Shown in pieces: positions 38,590-51,371 of a DNA stretch of 64,000 bases. Positions within the stretch are counted from its first letter, which is position 1; each line of letters starts with the position of its first letter. The stretch is from Geosiphon pyriformis uo1. Its lineage: Eukaryota > Fungi > Glomeromycota. Made by a program: the position numbers and the translations under genes. The stretch spans positions 199,696 to 263,695 of the forward strand of contig JAAOMT010000602.1 in NCBI GenBank assembly GCA_016748015.1. The letters are read 5' to 3'. The notes beneath the pieces were generated by a model. That model was given only the letters and a program-made list of their open reading frames with translations, searched no databases and had not been told where the DNA came from.

Positions 38590-39195
38590 CTTGATCGAGG
38601 TGTTTGATATGTAAGGATCGTTCCTTTTTTCACAACTTGAAATAATATTATGTTAAGTAAAATAAACAGATTTTTATTTGTAGACATTATTCTGCCATAT
38701 TTGGATTGATTTGTTAACAAATTTTCGCATGAAAATGAAAAAATGAATTTTCTTTGACTTGATGGATTTTCTTTGTTGATTATATTGATCTGTTTGATTA
38801 AACATTAAACATAAGCTATTCGGTTATGTTTCAAAGATCTATTTGATGAAAAATGATACAACCAATTCTTTTGGATAAATTTTACTTCTTTGATTTCTTT
38901 TTATGTATTTATTTCAGAAAGACTGAAAAGCTTCTGCATTTTCAATTAATATCTGAGCCAATGTTGCTGATGATTTTATGATTTGGAAAGTGTTATTACA
39001 AGTAAACAATTTATTATTCAAAATATTACTAATAATTAGACATATGTGATTTTGGTCTTTTGTTTAAATTGCTGCCCATATGTCGTTTTTATTTTGCTTA
39101 CACTTATATAGATAATGTTGTATGCCAATATACAATTTGTTGAAAAATTACTATTTTTTTAACAATTGTATTATAAAATATTTATTATTATTTAT

Positions 39196-39239
39196 TATAA
39201 TATAATATAATATAATATAATATATAATATAATATATAA
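39196..39239. repeat. (TATAA)n microsatellite
   Basis: Tandem tataa units read directly. Confidence 0.85.
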
Positions 39240-41247
39240 ACAAAAAATTTGTGAATTATATGGCTATATCAATCACAATCTGAATGAATCCAAAGTATTT
39301 TGCTGCTTTTAATACAAAACAAACTTGATAAGAATATGAATAGTTCCCTTTGTTATTTTATTATTGGGACTTGAATATTACTTACATAGTAATATGGAGT
39401 TTAATTAAGAATGTGTAAGTTTTAATATAAGTGATATTTTAATACCGAAATAGCTTAATAAATCAAATCGAAAAAAGATGTTTTTGTTTTCAGCTTAGAG
39501 AATTTGGTATAAAATTAAAATTTATTATTATAGTAAAATTTATTTTTTATTTTTTTTATTAAGAAGAAATATAACTAAAAATAGGGTTTTATAAATTTTT
39601 GAATAAAATACTGAACTTGAAATCTCAATTGATGAAACAGGTGCGATTAAATTTAATTTAACAATAATTCAATTGAAATTTGAATTTATACGTTTTATAA
39701 TATATTTAAAAATTGAGTTTTCAGTTTTTGACACAATATATTGAACTTTAAACTTGAATCCTTTTGCAATAAAGAAAAGATTATTTCATAATATTATTTC
39801 AAGATTAATATTTAATCACATTTTCAAAGACAAATGTTGCTATTAATTTTCGAAAAAGGAAATCACAATAACATTTTATACTTAATCATCTCCAAAAATA
39901 CTTTTGATAAAATATGAATCTCAATATACATATAATTTATAAAGTTGAAAAGAAATATTTGATGCCATGACCTAATTTTATGAAATCTAGTCTCAAATGT
40001 CATTTAAGTTTTTTACTCAAAAAAAAACGATTTTGATTATACCCTGGAATAACTTACTAATAATTATTCGGCCGAAATGACGACACTGAATTAAACAAGA
40101 AACTTTGATGCGACAAGGGATATCAAAATACTCTAATTATACATTATTTATCAAATAATGATCTCCGATTACAAAAAGTCACTCTACTTTTAAGGCATTG
40201 AGATACATGAATAAGTTATTGTGTAGTCACAAAATCATAAAATTCTGAACAATAAAATTTTAGGTGAAAGTAATTCAAAAAGAATCGAATACAATTTCAA
40301 ATATCACCGCAGAAGAATCAGTAAAAACGAAGCGAGTAATTCAATATGAGACAAGAGAAATTGGCGAAAAGTGATGACCAAGACAGTTTCAAAAAGAATG
40401 ATAGGAAAAAGATTTTGTAAGAGCATTTCTCTTTTTCCGTTCATGATAATACTTTTCAGAAATTTGGTCAATCATAGTAAATATTTTGTTAATTCCAACT
40501 TAGAAACTGCAGAAATCCATTAAGCCAATGTAAATTATAGAAAGCAAACTAAAATCTTCGTATTAAATTATGTTTTGAAATCCTTACCGATAAAAAAAAA
40601 ATTGACTTCGCTGTAGAAAAATAGTCTTTTTCATGATTTTGCTTTTAAATGAGTATCTTTTTTTCCTTTTTCCAAAAAAAACAAATTGGTAGACTTTTGG
40701 CAATAAATTTATATTTTACATTGTATTTTGCAGTTTTCAAGGGGTGAAGCATCTCCTTTTAACTGATTTTGTGAAATTTTTATGAAAATTTGGAGAATTA
40801 AATCAATAAAAACAAATTAACCTGTTTAATTTGGTTGCTGGGGGAAATCTTTAAAAGCTATTAAAAATGAGACGGTAATATGTAAAGTTTAAATATCAAT
40901 GACGTGTTACTGATAAAAAAAAGTGCAAAATTTTTATAAATAAAAGTATTTAAGTCCTGCTATATTATTCAATATTCCCGCTTGTTCATAATTTTTTAAA
41001 AAAACATTTAACAGAGTTCGAATTCAGTTCGATGCTCAAATAAGAAAATATTTATTTAATAGGCTTGGATGTTCGAGTAAACATCTGTATTTCAGTTTAA
41101 ATTGGTAGGATTAATGATAAGGAAATAAGAATCATATCCCATTTTCATTAACCTAAAGAATATAGCTAAAAATGAAAGATAAAACTATTATCCCTTTTAA
41201 TGATGTGATGAGTTCAAGAATAAAGTGTTCAATATTTTTTTTTCAAA

Positions 41248-43867
41248 CTAAGGGAAAAATACACGTGAAAATTCGGGACGAGGATTACTGTGTGGCCTTT
41301 TATAGGAAGTTATCAGAATCCCCTTTGGATGGGTTTGTGGCCACACAGCATCTTCACCCGCAGCCGCACTCACTGCCTCTTCCAAAGTCAAATGAAAAAG
41401 TGTTTTTTGACGTAAATTATTTGAGTTTGGATTCGAACTTTTGGTGGTGCCATCTGCTTCAATGCGTATTATCTCTACTTCTTTCTCTTTCCGACCGATA
41501 TTTTTAATCTCAACTCCATTGCCTTTTTCATCAAGTTTTCTAATTTCAACGCCTTGATGTTTTTCATCCTGCTCGTTTATATTCCCATTAATTGCTATCT
41601 CCTCAGGCTCTTTAAGAACACTAAATCCACCCACAACCAAAATATCCTGAATTTTTTCATCGAGTATATTAGCAAAGTGATATTCAACCGCTTGAGCAGC
41701 GTAATTGTTCAATTCTTTCCTTATATCCATCAATGCTTGAAGACCTGTGGAATCTATGAAACTCACGGCTGAAAAATCAAAGACAATAGCACGCAGCCGT
41801 GGAAGTTTTTGATTGTAAGTTTCTTCGCCAGGTTTCTTTGGGGGAGGTTCGTTCCATGGAAGATCACCCTTTTTTTCGGGTCGCCTTCGACAATTGCGTG
41901 TATGACTTTTTATGTAATCAATAACTTTCTCGTCAACATAGCTTGAATTTGGATAAGTGAGAGCTTCTTCAAATCGAAAAATGATCACACCATCAGGTGG
42001 AGCCATTGCTAAGCTGAATGAAGGATGGCCCAGAGGAACAAAAGCATATTTTGGGTTATTAGCTGAATTGGGATGCGGGATAGAAAGACGACCTAGTGAT
42101 TCAACACGTGGTGTGGCAAACCGAACTATGAGGATCAGCAATGCCAAAGCAGTTGAAACATAGACACTATTCTAAGTATAGACAGGAAGAAAAACTTTTA
42201 GCTATAGAGAACAATTAAATAAAAACTGATTTTCCTAAATTATATACACTTACCTCAACATCAAATAATGCTGCAAAAAACACTGCCGTAGCAAAAATAG
42301 CCAAATCCCTGACTAAATGAATGAAAATTCGTGAATTGAGGTATGGAGCTGCCCGTTACACAAAAATTGATTCAAAAAAATTTCCGCTTATACTTACTAT
42401 CAACTTTATACAAAGTCACAATGTAGGAATAGGAGGTAAATACATCAAGGACAGCATGAATAACTACTCCCCTAATTATTATTATTATTATTATTATGTC
42501 GTCTATCTTGTTAATTAAGTACAATATAAGTTAGATAAAACAGCAACAAAAGATATCACACTTACGCAAGGGCAGATTTAGGAATATAGTAGAAAGCAGG
42601 GGTCAAATAGAATAGTGTGAGGAGTACTAATAAAGCGGTGAAAATGCCTGCAAGTGGAGTGCGTACTCCAGATTTGGCTTTTATAGCTGTGCGTGTAAAT
42701 GCACCAGTAGATGGGAATGCGCCAAAGAAAGATGCCACTACATTGGTCGCGCCGATAGCGATGATTTCTTGGCTTGGATTAACTAATAATGGAAATTTTG
42801 TTAGGCTGATTCCTCTCCAGCCATAAAGTTAAACATCAATCAATGAGTGATAAATTACTTTTGTAATGATTAATTTTTCCAAAATTCTTTGCAATCGCAA
42901 TGTGTTCCATGATCAGAATGAGAACGATGACGGGTATTCGGCCAGCAATTTGTTTAACAAGATTGATATCTGTGATTGGAGGACCAATATTTTTGAATCC
43001 TGATGGGACATCTCCGAGAATATGAATTGAAGGTGTATCTTTTCCTCTGACTATTAGCCACGAAGCGAAAGTGGCAAAAATTATTATTGAAATATTTCGT
43101 AAAATACTGATGAAGAAAAATATCTGTTCGTGACGAGGATATCGCTTTGAAAGAAAATTGCTTCCAAACTTGATAAGATATAAATAAAACAAGCACAAGA
43201 ATCCGATTGCAGCATCCACATTGGTTTCGTTTAACTCTGTGAGGGTTTCTTTCTCAATAAGATAGGCGGGACCTTCCTTATCTTTAATGGATATACCCAT
43301 CAATTGTGGAATTTGGGTGATCGCAATGTTGATGGAAGAACCGGTGGCGAAGCCAGCTATCACCGGGCCAGGAATTAGTTCGACCAAAACACCAAGTCGA
43401 AAGATTCCAATCATTCCCGAAAGCAAACCAGCAAATAATGTAAGTGTAGCAGCAATTTCATATTCTTTGATTTCCGGTTTAGTTAATGGTCTTACACGTT
43501 CAATAGTTTGTCCAATTAAAAGTGCCATAACAGATGTTGGGCCGATAGAAACATCTTTGGAAGTTGCGAACAAACAATAAAGCCCGACGCCTACGAACGA
43601 TGAATAAAGTCCATATTCGGGTGTTAATTTTGCAATTAGCGCGTATGCCATCCCTTGTGGTATCACGATTGCTCCAATTGTAAGACCAGCAATTAAATCA
43701 GCTGTAAACCATGTCAAATTGTATCGGGGTAACCAACTTATTATTGGAAATAATGATTTCACATATTGAAAAGTATATGTTGGAAAGTTTATCATCACTT
43801 TTTTTACTTTGTCTCTGAAGCCCGGCCTAGATTGTGTGAATGGGAAGGGTGAGTATGAACTTGCCAT
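41248..43867 (-). CDS. SulP/SLC26 sulfate permease with STAS domain; 5 exons
   Basis: FPIISWLPRYN, DLIAGLTIGAIVIPQGMAYA, YGLYSSFVG, TSKDVSIGPT, EHIAIAKNFG, INPSQEIIAIG, RTAIKAKSGVRTPLAG, STAS VFDFSAVSFIDSTGLQAL. Exons splice in frame by hand. The 5' part could equally be the second copy ending at 44994. Confidence 0.92.
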
Positions 43868-43937
43868 TTTTCTCAATTAATATTTTAATCTTGATCGAAG
43901 GACCAGCTAATTTATTTNNNNNNNNNNNNNNNNNNNN

Positions 43938-45044
43938 TCCTCTCCAGCCATAAAGTTAAACATCAATCAATGAGTGATAAATTACTTTTGTAATGATTAA
44001 TTTTTCCAAAATTCTTTGCAATCGCAATGTGTTCCATGATCAGAATGAGAACGATGACGGGTATTCGGCCAGCAATTTGTTTAACAAGATTGATATCTGT
44101 GATTGGAGGACCAATATTTTTGAATCCTGATGGGACATCTCCGAGAATATGAATTGAAGGTGTATCTTTTCCTCTGACTATTAGCCACGAAGCGAAAGTG
44201 GCAAAAATTATTATTGAAATATTTCGTAAAATACTGATGAAGAAAAATATCTGTTCGTGACGAGGATATCGCTTTGAAAGAAAATTGCTTCCAAACTTGA
44301 TAAGATATAAATAAAACAAGCACAAGAATCCGATTGCAGCATCCACATTGGTTTCGTTTAACTCTGTGAGGGTTTCTTTCTCAATAAGATAGGCGGGACC
44401 TTCCTTATCTTTAATGGATATACCCATCAATTGTGGAATTTGGGTGATCGCAATGTTGATGGAAGAACCGGTGGCGAAGCCAGCTATCACCGGGCCAGGA
44501 ATTAGTTCGACCAAAACACCAAGTCGAAAGATTCCAATCATTCCCGAAAGCAAACCAGCAAATAATGTAAGTGTAGCAGCAATTTCATATTCTTTGATTT
44601 CCGGTTTAGTTAATGGTCTTACACGTTCAATAGTTTGTCCAATTAAAAGTGCCATAACAGATGTTGGGCCGATAGAAACATCTTTGGAAGTTGCGAACAA
44701 ACAATAAAGCCCGACGCCTACGAACGATGAATAAAGTCCATATTCGGGTGTTAATTTTGCAATTAGCGCGTATGCCATCCCTTGTGGTATCACGATTGCT
44801 CCAATTGTAAGACCAGCAATTAAATCAGCTGTAAACCATGTCAAATTGTATCGGGGTAACCAACTTATTATTGGAAATAATGATTTCACATATTGAAAAG
44901 TATATGTTGGAAAGTTTATCATCACTTTTTTTACTTTGTCTCTGAAGCCCGGCCTAGATTGTGTGAATGGGAAGGGTGAGTATGAACTTGCCATTTTTCT
45001 CAATTAATATTTTAATCTTGATCGAAGGACCAGCTAATTTATTT
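43938..45044 (-). repeat. apparently exact duplicate of 42811-43917 (SulP exon 1) across a 20-N gap; probable assembly artefact
   Basis: Offset of 1127 bp, identical translated ORFs, copy boundaries abut the N run at 43918-43937. Confidence 0.85.
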
Positions 45045-45630
45045 CACTTGAAATTTATGACTATATAGGTTTGTGGATTTATAAAAAAAGACCAATAATC
45101 AGGATATTTAAGACGCCAAGGAAAAGAAAACAAAACGCTCAAACTTTTAATCACACATTTATTTAATTGTTTATTTTAATCTTCTCTTCAAACATTTCTG
45201 TTATCTGAACCACCCTCATTAGGTTATTGTTGGGGTAATTCGGTGAACTTCATCACTGTAAATAATCGGGAAATCAATACAGCTATTCCCAACTTCCAAA
45301 CAGTGGAGAAAAATATGAAAAAATTTTCCGAATTTTTGAAATGCATGGTTTAGAATTTCAGAAAATCAGCAAAAAAGCCTCGTCACTATTTTGATCATCC
45401 CCTACAAATGATTTATGTTTGCATAATTTAATTCCCAAATTAAGACTCGATTTTTTGCTTAGATGCTTTAATAAATGATGATATATATATTTTTGGTATA
45501 AAATAGAGGATTACATAGCTTTTTAGTTCTATTAGTGGTTGAGATTGTCTAATTCTTAGTAAAAAAGAAGGGATCCGAATAGATGAAATATCTTTTTATG
45601 GATGAAAAATGTTTTCAAAAAATTGGAATA

Positions 45631-45679
45631 CTCCCTCCCTTCCCTCCTTTCTTTCCTTCCTTCTTCCCTTCCTCCCCTC

Positions 45680-45707
<28 letters not shown>
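45631..45707. repeat. pyrimidine-rich simple repeat ending in a 29-nt poly-C run
   Basis: (CCTT)-like repeats, then a C run at 45679-45707. Confidence 0.9.
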
Positions 45708-45711
<4 letters not shown>

Positions 45712-47136
45712 CATTAAAATCTCCTTGCTATCTATACAAATCTGAAATTTTTCTGCTGACAATTCTCAGAAACTCTAAAATTTTATATATGATCATAAAA
45801 TCATTGTGGAAAGCACTGCTGACCATGGACCTATTTAAACTTAACCCATCAATTGCTATCTCTCTTATCAGAATAAAAAATTATTTCCTTTTTCGGATGA
45901 TCAACAAATGGGGAGAAGTGACGGTTTCTACAAAAGGATTACCAATCTGTAATTTTTTAAGATTGACGTAAATACCTTAACTGAAAACCGTTTATGATAA
46001 ACTCCGCGTGTTTCCATTTATTTCGTTTCAAGACAATATAAAAGATAATACACATTTTTAATTTGGAAAATATCGACAGATTTGATTTAAATTTAATTGT
46101 CCACCAAAAAAACTCAGATATTAGATAGTATTATATATATATATTTCAGAATAAACATCATTTTAATATATGTTCCATTAAACAGAACCCATTTTTATCT
46201 CAACTATCCAATTGAAATTACCTAACGTAAAAAGTTTCGATTTTATTAATTTTTTTCGAAAGCACCCATCAAAATTGTGATCGAATTAATCAGGAAACAT
46301 AATATTTCAAGATGCTTTTGACCTTTGATTTTATATAGATCAAAACGATATTTTTTTCACTTATTAATCAATAAAAAGCCCTTATATATAGTCTTTCTGT
46401 CTCATATGTCTTGGAAAATTCAAATGGTAAATCTTTTTTACTAATTAATAGAGAGTAAACTAAATCCATCTACCTTTTTAATTATTGTTATTTATTGAAA
46501 TGCAACAACAGCCACTGTGGTTCTTGTACAAATTTAACGTGTTCCCGAATTAAGACCTTAAAGCCCAAAAGTAACATTATAAAATTGATTGGATCATGCT
46601 CGCGTGGGAATATAAAGAGGGATAACAAAAGAACCAAGTTTTGTGATGACTCATTTCAGATTTATTATTTCCTTTTTCATGAATGTGTGTAAAAGATTTA
46701 CCTGATTAGATGATTGGTCCAAATTTTTATTGTTTTTTCACATCTTAAGCCGATTTTTGGCAAAAAACCGAGACTGTACATACCAATAAATGTATAGCAA
46801 ATACAAACAATTCCATTCATCAGCTTCTCGATACCCTCCTTTTCATAAATATGTCAGCTGTGCTGCTTCTCGTTTTGCCACTAAGTTATGTGCTCAAGAG
46901 GAAACCTTCTTGGAATAAAGTGGTTTTAATCCCCATCTTACTGGTAGGATTCTACATATTATATTTGGTGAGTTTTTCAAATTTTATAATAAACTATGGA
47001 CTCCGATTAATAGCCGAAATTAGAACGTTGGGAAATGTCAAGGAAACCATTAATTTATCAAAAATATAATAATAATAATCCATATTGATTTAAATAAAGA
47101 AGAACAACTCATTAATTTGAAAATTACAAAACAAAA

Positions 47137-47142
<6 letters not shown>

Positions 47143-47172
<30 letters not shown>
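47143..47172. repeat. (TA)n microsatellite
   Basis: Dinucleotide run read directly. Confidence 0.9.
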
Positions 47173-47174
<2 letters not shown>

Positions 47175-47904
47175 AAACTTTAGATTCTGGTGAGATAAAA
47201 TTGCTACGAGGACTAACAAACAATTCAGCTACCGGTTCACAAATTTCTTCAATTTCCAATATTCACCTTAACCTACTTTTGCAAATTATTGATTTGAAAG
47301 CTATTCGATATAGACTTTGACAACTTTTCTCAAATCGTAAATAAAATTAGTGTAAAAGAAGATGAGGAGTATAACTCTCAATATATGGCACAATCAGGAC
47401 CACCACCAACTTATTTAACTACAATAGAATTTGAACGATTGTGGCCACCTTTATCAGGAAAAATCAATGTCCAATGATCAACATCAGTGATATGGAGATA
47501 TACATATATCGAGATTAATACTGTTTTGTTGAAGAAAAAGTGAGTATCTTTAGTTTTGTTCTGATTATTAAAATTTTGCAGATCTTTCTGCATCTTTGCT
47601 AACTGAGTGATTGAGCAAATGGATCTAAATTTGGCTTACAATATATCTGTATTTCATTCTTCATGCATGGACTTTGCCTTCTTTAAGTCCACAATTAATT
47701 TGTTTCTCGAATTACGTGTTGTGAATGAATGATAGTCGAGTGGAAATTTTTTTTAAGTTTGAAAGAAGAATCTTTACTAAAGGAAATTAAAATTTTATCT
47801 TGTATTTTAAGCTTATAAATTGTGTGAACAAAAATAATACACCAATTAATTAATTAAGTAATTAATTAATTTATTAACCAAGTTTTAAAATAAAATAGTA
47901 AATA

Positions 47905-48500
47905 CACTCGGCGGAAAAAAGTCATGGGACAGTTTACATTTTTATTATTTTGTATTCCATGAATGAAAAAAATATCTATAAAAATTTATTCATAACTATA
48001 TTAGCTATCTATAAATAGTAAGGAATGTATTTAAATAATAATTATTAATCAAAACAAAGATATAATTAACAATATTTAATTTACGTTTTTTTTATCAACA
48101 TAAAATATTTTGAGATTTTTTTTTTGATAAATATGAATATTCAAAAATCCAAAGTTCAAAGGAAAGACTTGGATGGCTCAAAAACATCTCAATTTACTTT
48201 CTAAATGGCCAGCACAATCACCCGATTTGAATTCAATAGAGCATTTATGGAATTATTTATAAAAACAATTCAAAAAACGAAATCCGCGCCCCGAAAATAA
48301 TCACAAATTATTCCTCGGGTTACAAGAAGAATGGCAAGCAATTCAACGAAATATCTATATAAATTTGGTTACTAGTGTATCTAAACGTATTAAAGAATGT
48401 ATTAGAAAGGTGGATGGAGCAACTAGTTATTAAATATTAAATAAAATAAAAAGTTATTAAAGAAATAATAAAGTGTCCTATGAATTTTTTCGGCCGAGTG
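47905..48500 (+). mobile_element. non-autonomous Tc1-family deletion derivative (~600 bp)
   Basis: TA|cactcggcggaaaaaagtcatgggacagttt ... aaagtgtcctatgaattttttcggccgagtg|TA (TIRs plus TA TSD). Internal transposase C-terminus WPAQSPDLNSIEHLWNYL...LQEEW...KRIKECI...GATSY* (DDE_3 motif WPxxSPDLNPIE). Confidence 0.9.
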
Positions 48501-48608
48501 TAGGTATTCGGGTGGCTGGTCACGCGTAGTTTGTCCGTGATCTATGTCTAAGGAAAATAGTCTTTTCCAAAAAATGGCTGAATCGGGAAAAATCAAATAT
48601 TTATTATA

Positions 48609-48913
48609 GGTAATTGCTAAATCGACCCACCCACAACACGTGATATAATTTACGTCATAGTTTCGTATTCAACTATAAATAGGAAGATATTAACGAATAT
48701 TATGGTTGTCCACAACGAAGTGTTTTTTAATTATAAAACACTATAAATTAGTTAAGGCATAATAAAAAATTAATATATATAATATATATTCAATTTTATA
48801 TAAGAAAAAGTTATTTTTCATTTTAATTAAAATAATATTCTATATATATATTAATATCACGTGTTGCGGGTGGGTCGATTTAGCAAAAAGGGTGGGTCAA
48901 TTTAGCAATTCCC
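48609..48913. mobile_element. MITE with long TIRs (~305 bp)
   Basis: Left end ggtaattgctaaatcgacccacccacaacacgtgatat is the inverse of right-end atatcacgtgttgcgggtgggtcgatttagc and gggtgggtcaatttagcaattccc. Flanked by TA, AT-rich non-coding interior. Confidence 0.8.
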
Positions 48914-49528
48914 TATTTATATTATAACAAATAATAATAGTAAAATAAAAATGTGGAAAAATTAAAATTTAGTTTTAAAACTAAAAAATCATATTTTCCT
49001 TTCTGTTCTGTCGTTTATGATAAGATTTAAAAATTATTTATCATTTTATTATTTTGATTTAATAAATTAATTTTAACATTATTATTTCATTTATTCTTTT
49101 TATTAACAATCGAAAGTATTATTAATGCAGAAAAATTTTCGGCTATTTATTTGTTTTTCAAAATATATAATGATGCAAATTGGTAAAGGTTAATCCAAAA
49201 TTAGAAATTATAACTATTTTTCTTAAAAAATTTTTTATCAAAGCAATCATACATAAGTTATGTATTTCTATTCTAAAAAGAAACTTCAAATATTATTAGT
49301 TAGGTCATAAGGATTTGAAAATCATTATCGAATTCAATTATTGTTGAAATGATCTAAATTAGTTAGTAACTCATTAATTAAGGCTCTGGGACTCCATCAT
49401 TCAAACTAAACATAAAAGTCAAAATCAAAATCAAACAATTTACTATAATTCAAATACCCGATTGGACATCAAGAACCTTTAATTTTTAATAAAAGGAAGG
49501 GATTCAAATTTTTTTATCCTCAGGCATA

Positions 49529-50155
49529 ATGAAATCAAAAAAACAATTCAATATACAAGTCCCATTTCCTCCGGAAATAACCGCTCAAGACTTGGTTCAA
49601 AAAAAGCTTTTAAAAAATATCTACACTAAAGCACCCAATGCCTACATAATATACCGAGGACAATATCTGGAACAATTTAATAAACATGGAATTAAAAAAA
49701 ACTTAGATGATTTATCCCAAGAAAGTAGCTCAGCATGGTATGATGAACCTGAGAAAGTTAAAGTTTTCTACAGAAATTTGGGAAAAGAAGTAACAAATCT
49801 GCTAGAAAAAAATAGAATTAGTTCCAAAAATTTTGTTGAGCAAGATTGGAATGAGTACGGCAAAAATAATAGGAAAAATGATGAAAGAGGAATTAAGAAA
49901 AAAGTAAAATCGAAATCGAAAAGTTTACCAAAGCGTTCATTAAAAGAAAAGATAGTGAATAGCGAAAAACCAGAAATTTCCATAAAACCTAATAATTTAC
50001 CAAAGGAGCAAGAAGAAGGCATTCTGAATAATGATGATCTAAACCAAGATTTTCTGAACCCTCAACCCTTAGATGACCATACAATAATGGATCTTACTTC
50101 ACTGACAACTGATGAACTAATATTATTATCTCAGATTTCAAACTGTTTATATTAA
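49529..50155 (+). CDS. MATA-type HMG-box protein (Glomeromycota-expanded family)
   Basis: IQVPFPPEITAQDLV...KAPNAYIIYR...LSQESSSAWYDEPEKVKVFYRNL: an HMG-box preceded by the PFPP lead-in common in AMF HMG proteins. Confidence 0.85.
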   Translation: MKSKKQFNIQVPFPPEITAQDLVQKKLLKNIYTKAPNAYIIYRGQYLEQFNKHGIKKNLDDLSQESSSAWYDEPEKVKVFYRNLGKEVTNLLEKNRISSKNFVEQDWNEYGKNNRKNDERGIKKKVKSKSKSLPKRSLKEKIVNSEKPEISIKPNNLPKEQEEGILNNDDLNQDFLNPQPLDDHTIMDLTSLTTDELILLSQISNCLY

Positions 50156-50494
50156 GAATTAAGTGTTTAAGCCAATATTAATAAAGACATTTATGAAAAA
50201 TAATAGATGAAATTAGGTTTTTCAAATTTTAGCCATAATTTAAGTAGTAGTATTATAAGAAAGTATTTATGCCAATATTAATAATAAACTAAATTTTTTG
50301 CCTCTTGAGTTTATGCCACCATAAGAAACTATTTTTCACTATTTTACATTCAATTACTGTTTGTTGTATCTTTGTAAACCAATGATTTTTTTAATTAAAC
50401 ATTGATTTTTATTTTACCATACCAGAAAAGATTTTTGATGGAAATTTTCGAATACAAAGATAAAAAAAACTAACACCATATTATGATTTGAGTG

Positions 50495-50560
50495 AGAGTA
50501 CCACCAACCAGCCACCAGTTCATTAAGGAAGAAGTCCAAAGAATGCTCAAAAATAGGATT
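50495..50560 (+). mobile_element. tiny Ty3/Gypsy pol fragment (start of RT)
   Basis: RVPPTSHQFIKEEVQRMLKNRI matches the Gypsy RT N-terminal pattern YR.P......I..E...ML..G.I. Confidence 0.55.
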
Positions 50561-51371
50561 GCTAAAACCGTTTCCTATTTTTTTTCCCATTTCCGTTTAA
50601 CTCTTTCTTCATTATGCATGAAATTGGGCTCTGTTTTGGGACGACTGCATCAATTAATTTTTCATTCCGCCACACTTTATGTATAACTGCGGCTCATCTG
50701 ACATTTAGATCGTGACCCTAAAAGGAAATTACAAAGTTTAAGGCGTTTTTAATCCATTTGTCTCAAAACTTGTTTATCCTAAAATAACATCTCGGTTATT
50801 GAGAATTAAAAAAGAATGAAATTCGAAATCAACTAAACTTCATTTCTCAAGATTTACAAAGGGCTTTGATCAAAAGCAAAAATTTGTGTTTGAATTCCAA
50901 ATCATCATATTTCGAACAAGATTTTAATTTAAAGGTAAATTTTCAATCAAGAAAAAACTAAGAAAATTAGATTTCCCCCTGTAAACCTTAAATCAAGTAT
51001 GACCTCAATATATAATAGCTAAATATTTTCGAATATAGTCATTCTGGTTTTGAGCTTCATCTTTTTAATTTGTTCCAAAAATCAATAATAAAGGAAACAG
51101 CTAAACAGAAATTCTATTCTATCTTGCCAAGGATGACTAAAATTGAAATATTTATTGCACTATTTATCTTGCAAAATTTGATCAAAGAAGTGTAAATAAG
51201 ATAATTTAATTATAAACATTGGTTTCTAAAATCAAAGTTAATTATCGAAATTAATGTAATTCCATTCCCGCTGAACAACCGCTTAACGATCTTAAATATT
51301 TCTGATGAATTCAAAATAGAATGATTAAAGTAAATTCTAAAATATCAATGTTCATAATTACCGATCGCTAA

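Noticed and set aside
43963-45003. second independent sulfate permease gene
   Set aside because: Apparently identical to the adjacent copy, truncated at an N gap; most simply an assembly overlap.
45556-45762. Gly/Arg/Glu-rich ORF
   Set aside because: It is just the translation of the poly-C/CT microsatellite.
46851-47195. possible small spliced membrane micro-protein (MSAVLLLVLPLSY...)
   Set aside because: The plausible splice gives only ~43 aa with no recognisable motif; insufficient support.
49529-50155. mating-type locus
   Set aside because: HMG-box genes of this type are highly expanded in Glomeromycotina, and no MAT-linked neighbours (homeodomain pair, tptA, rnhA) are in the window.
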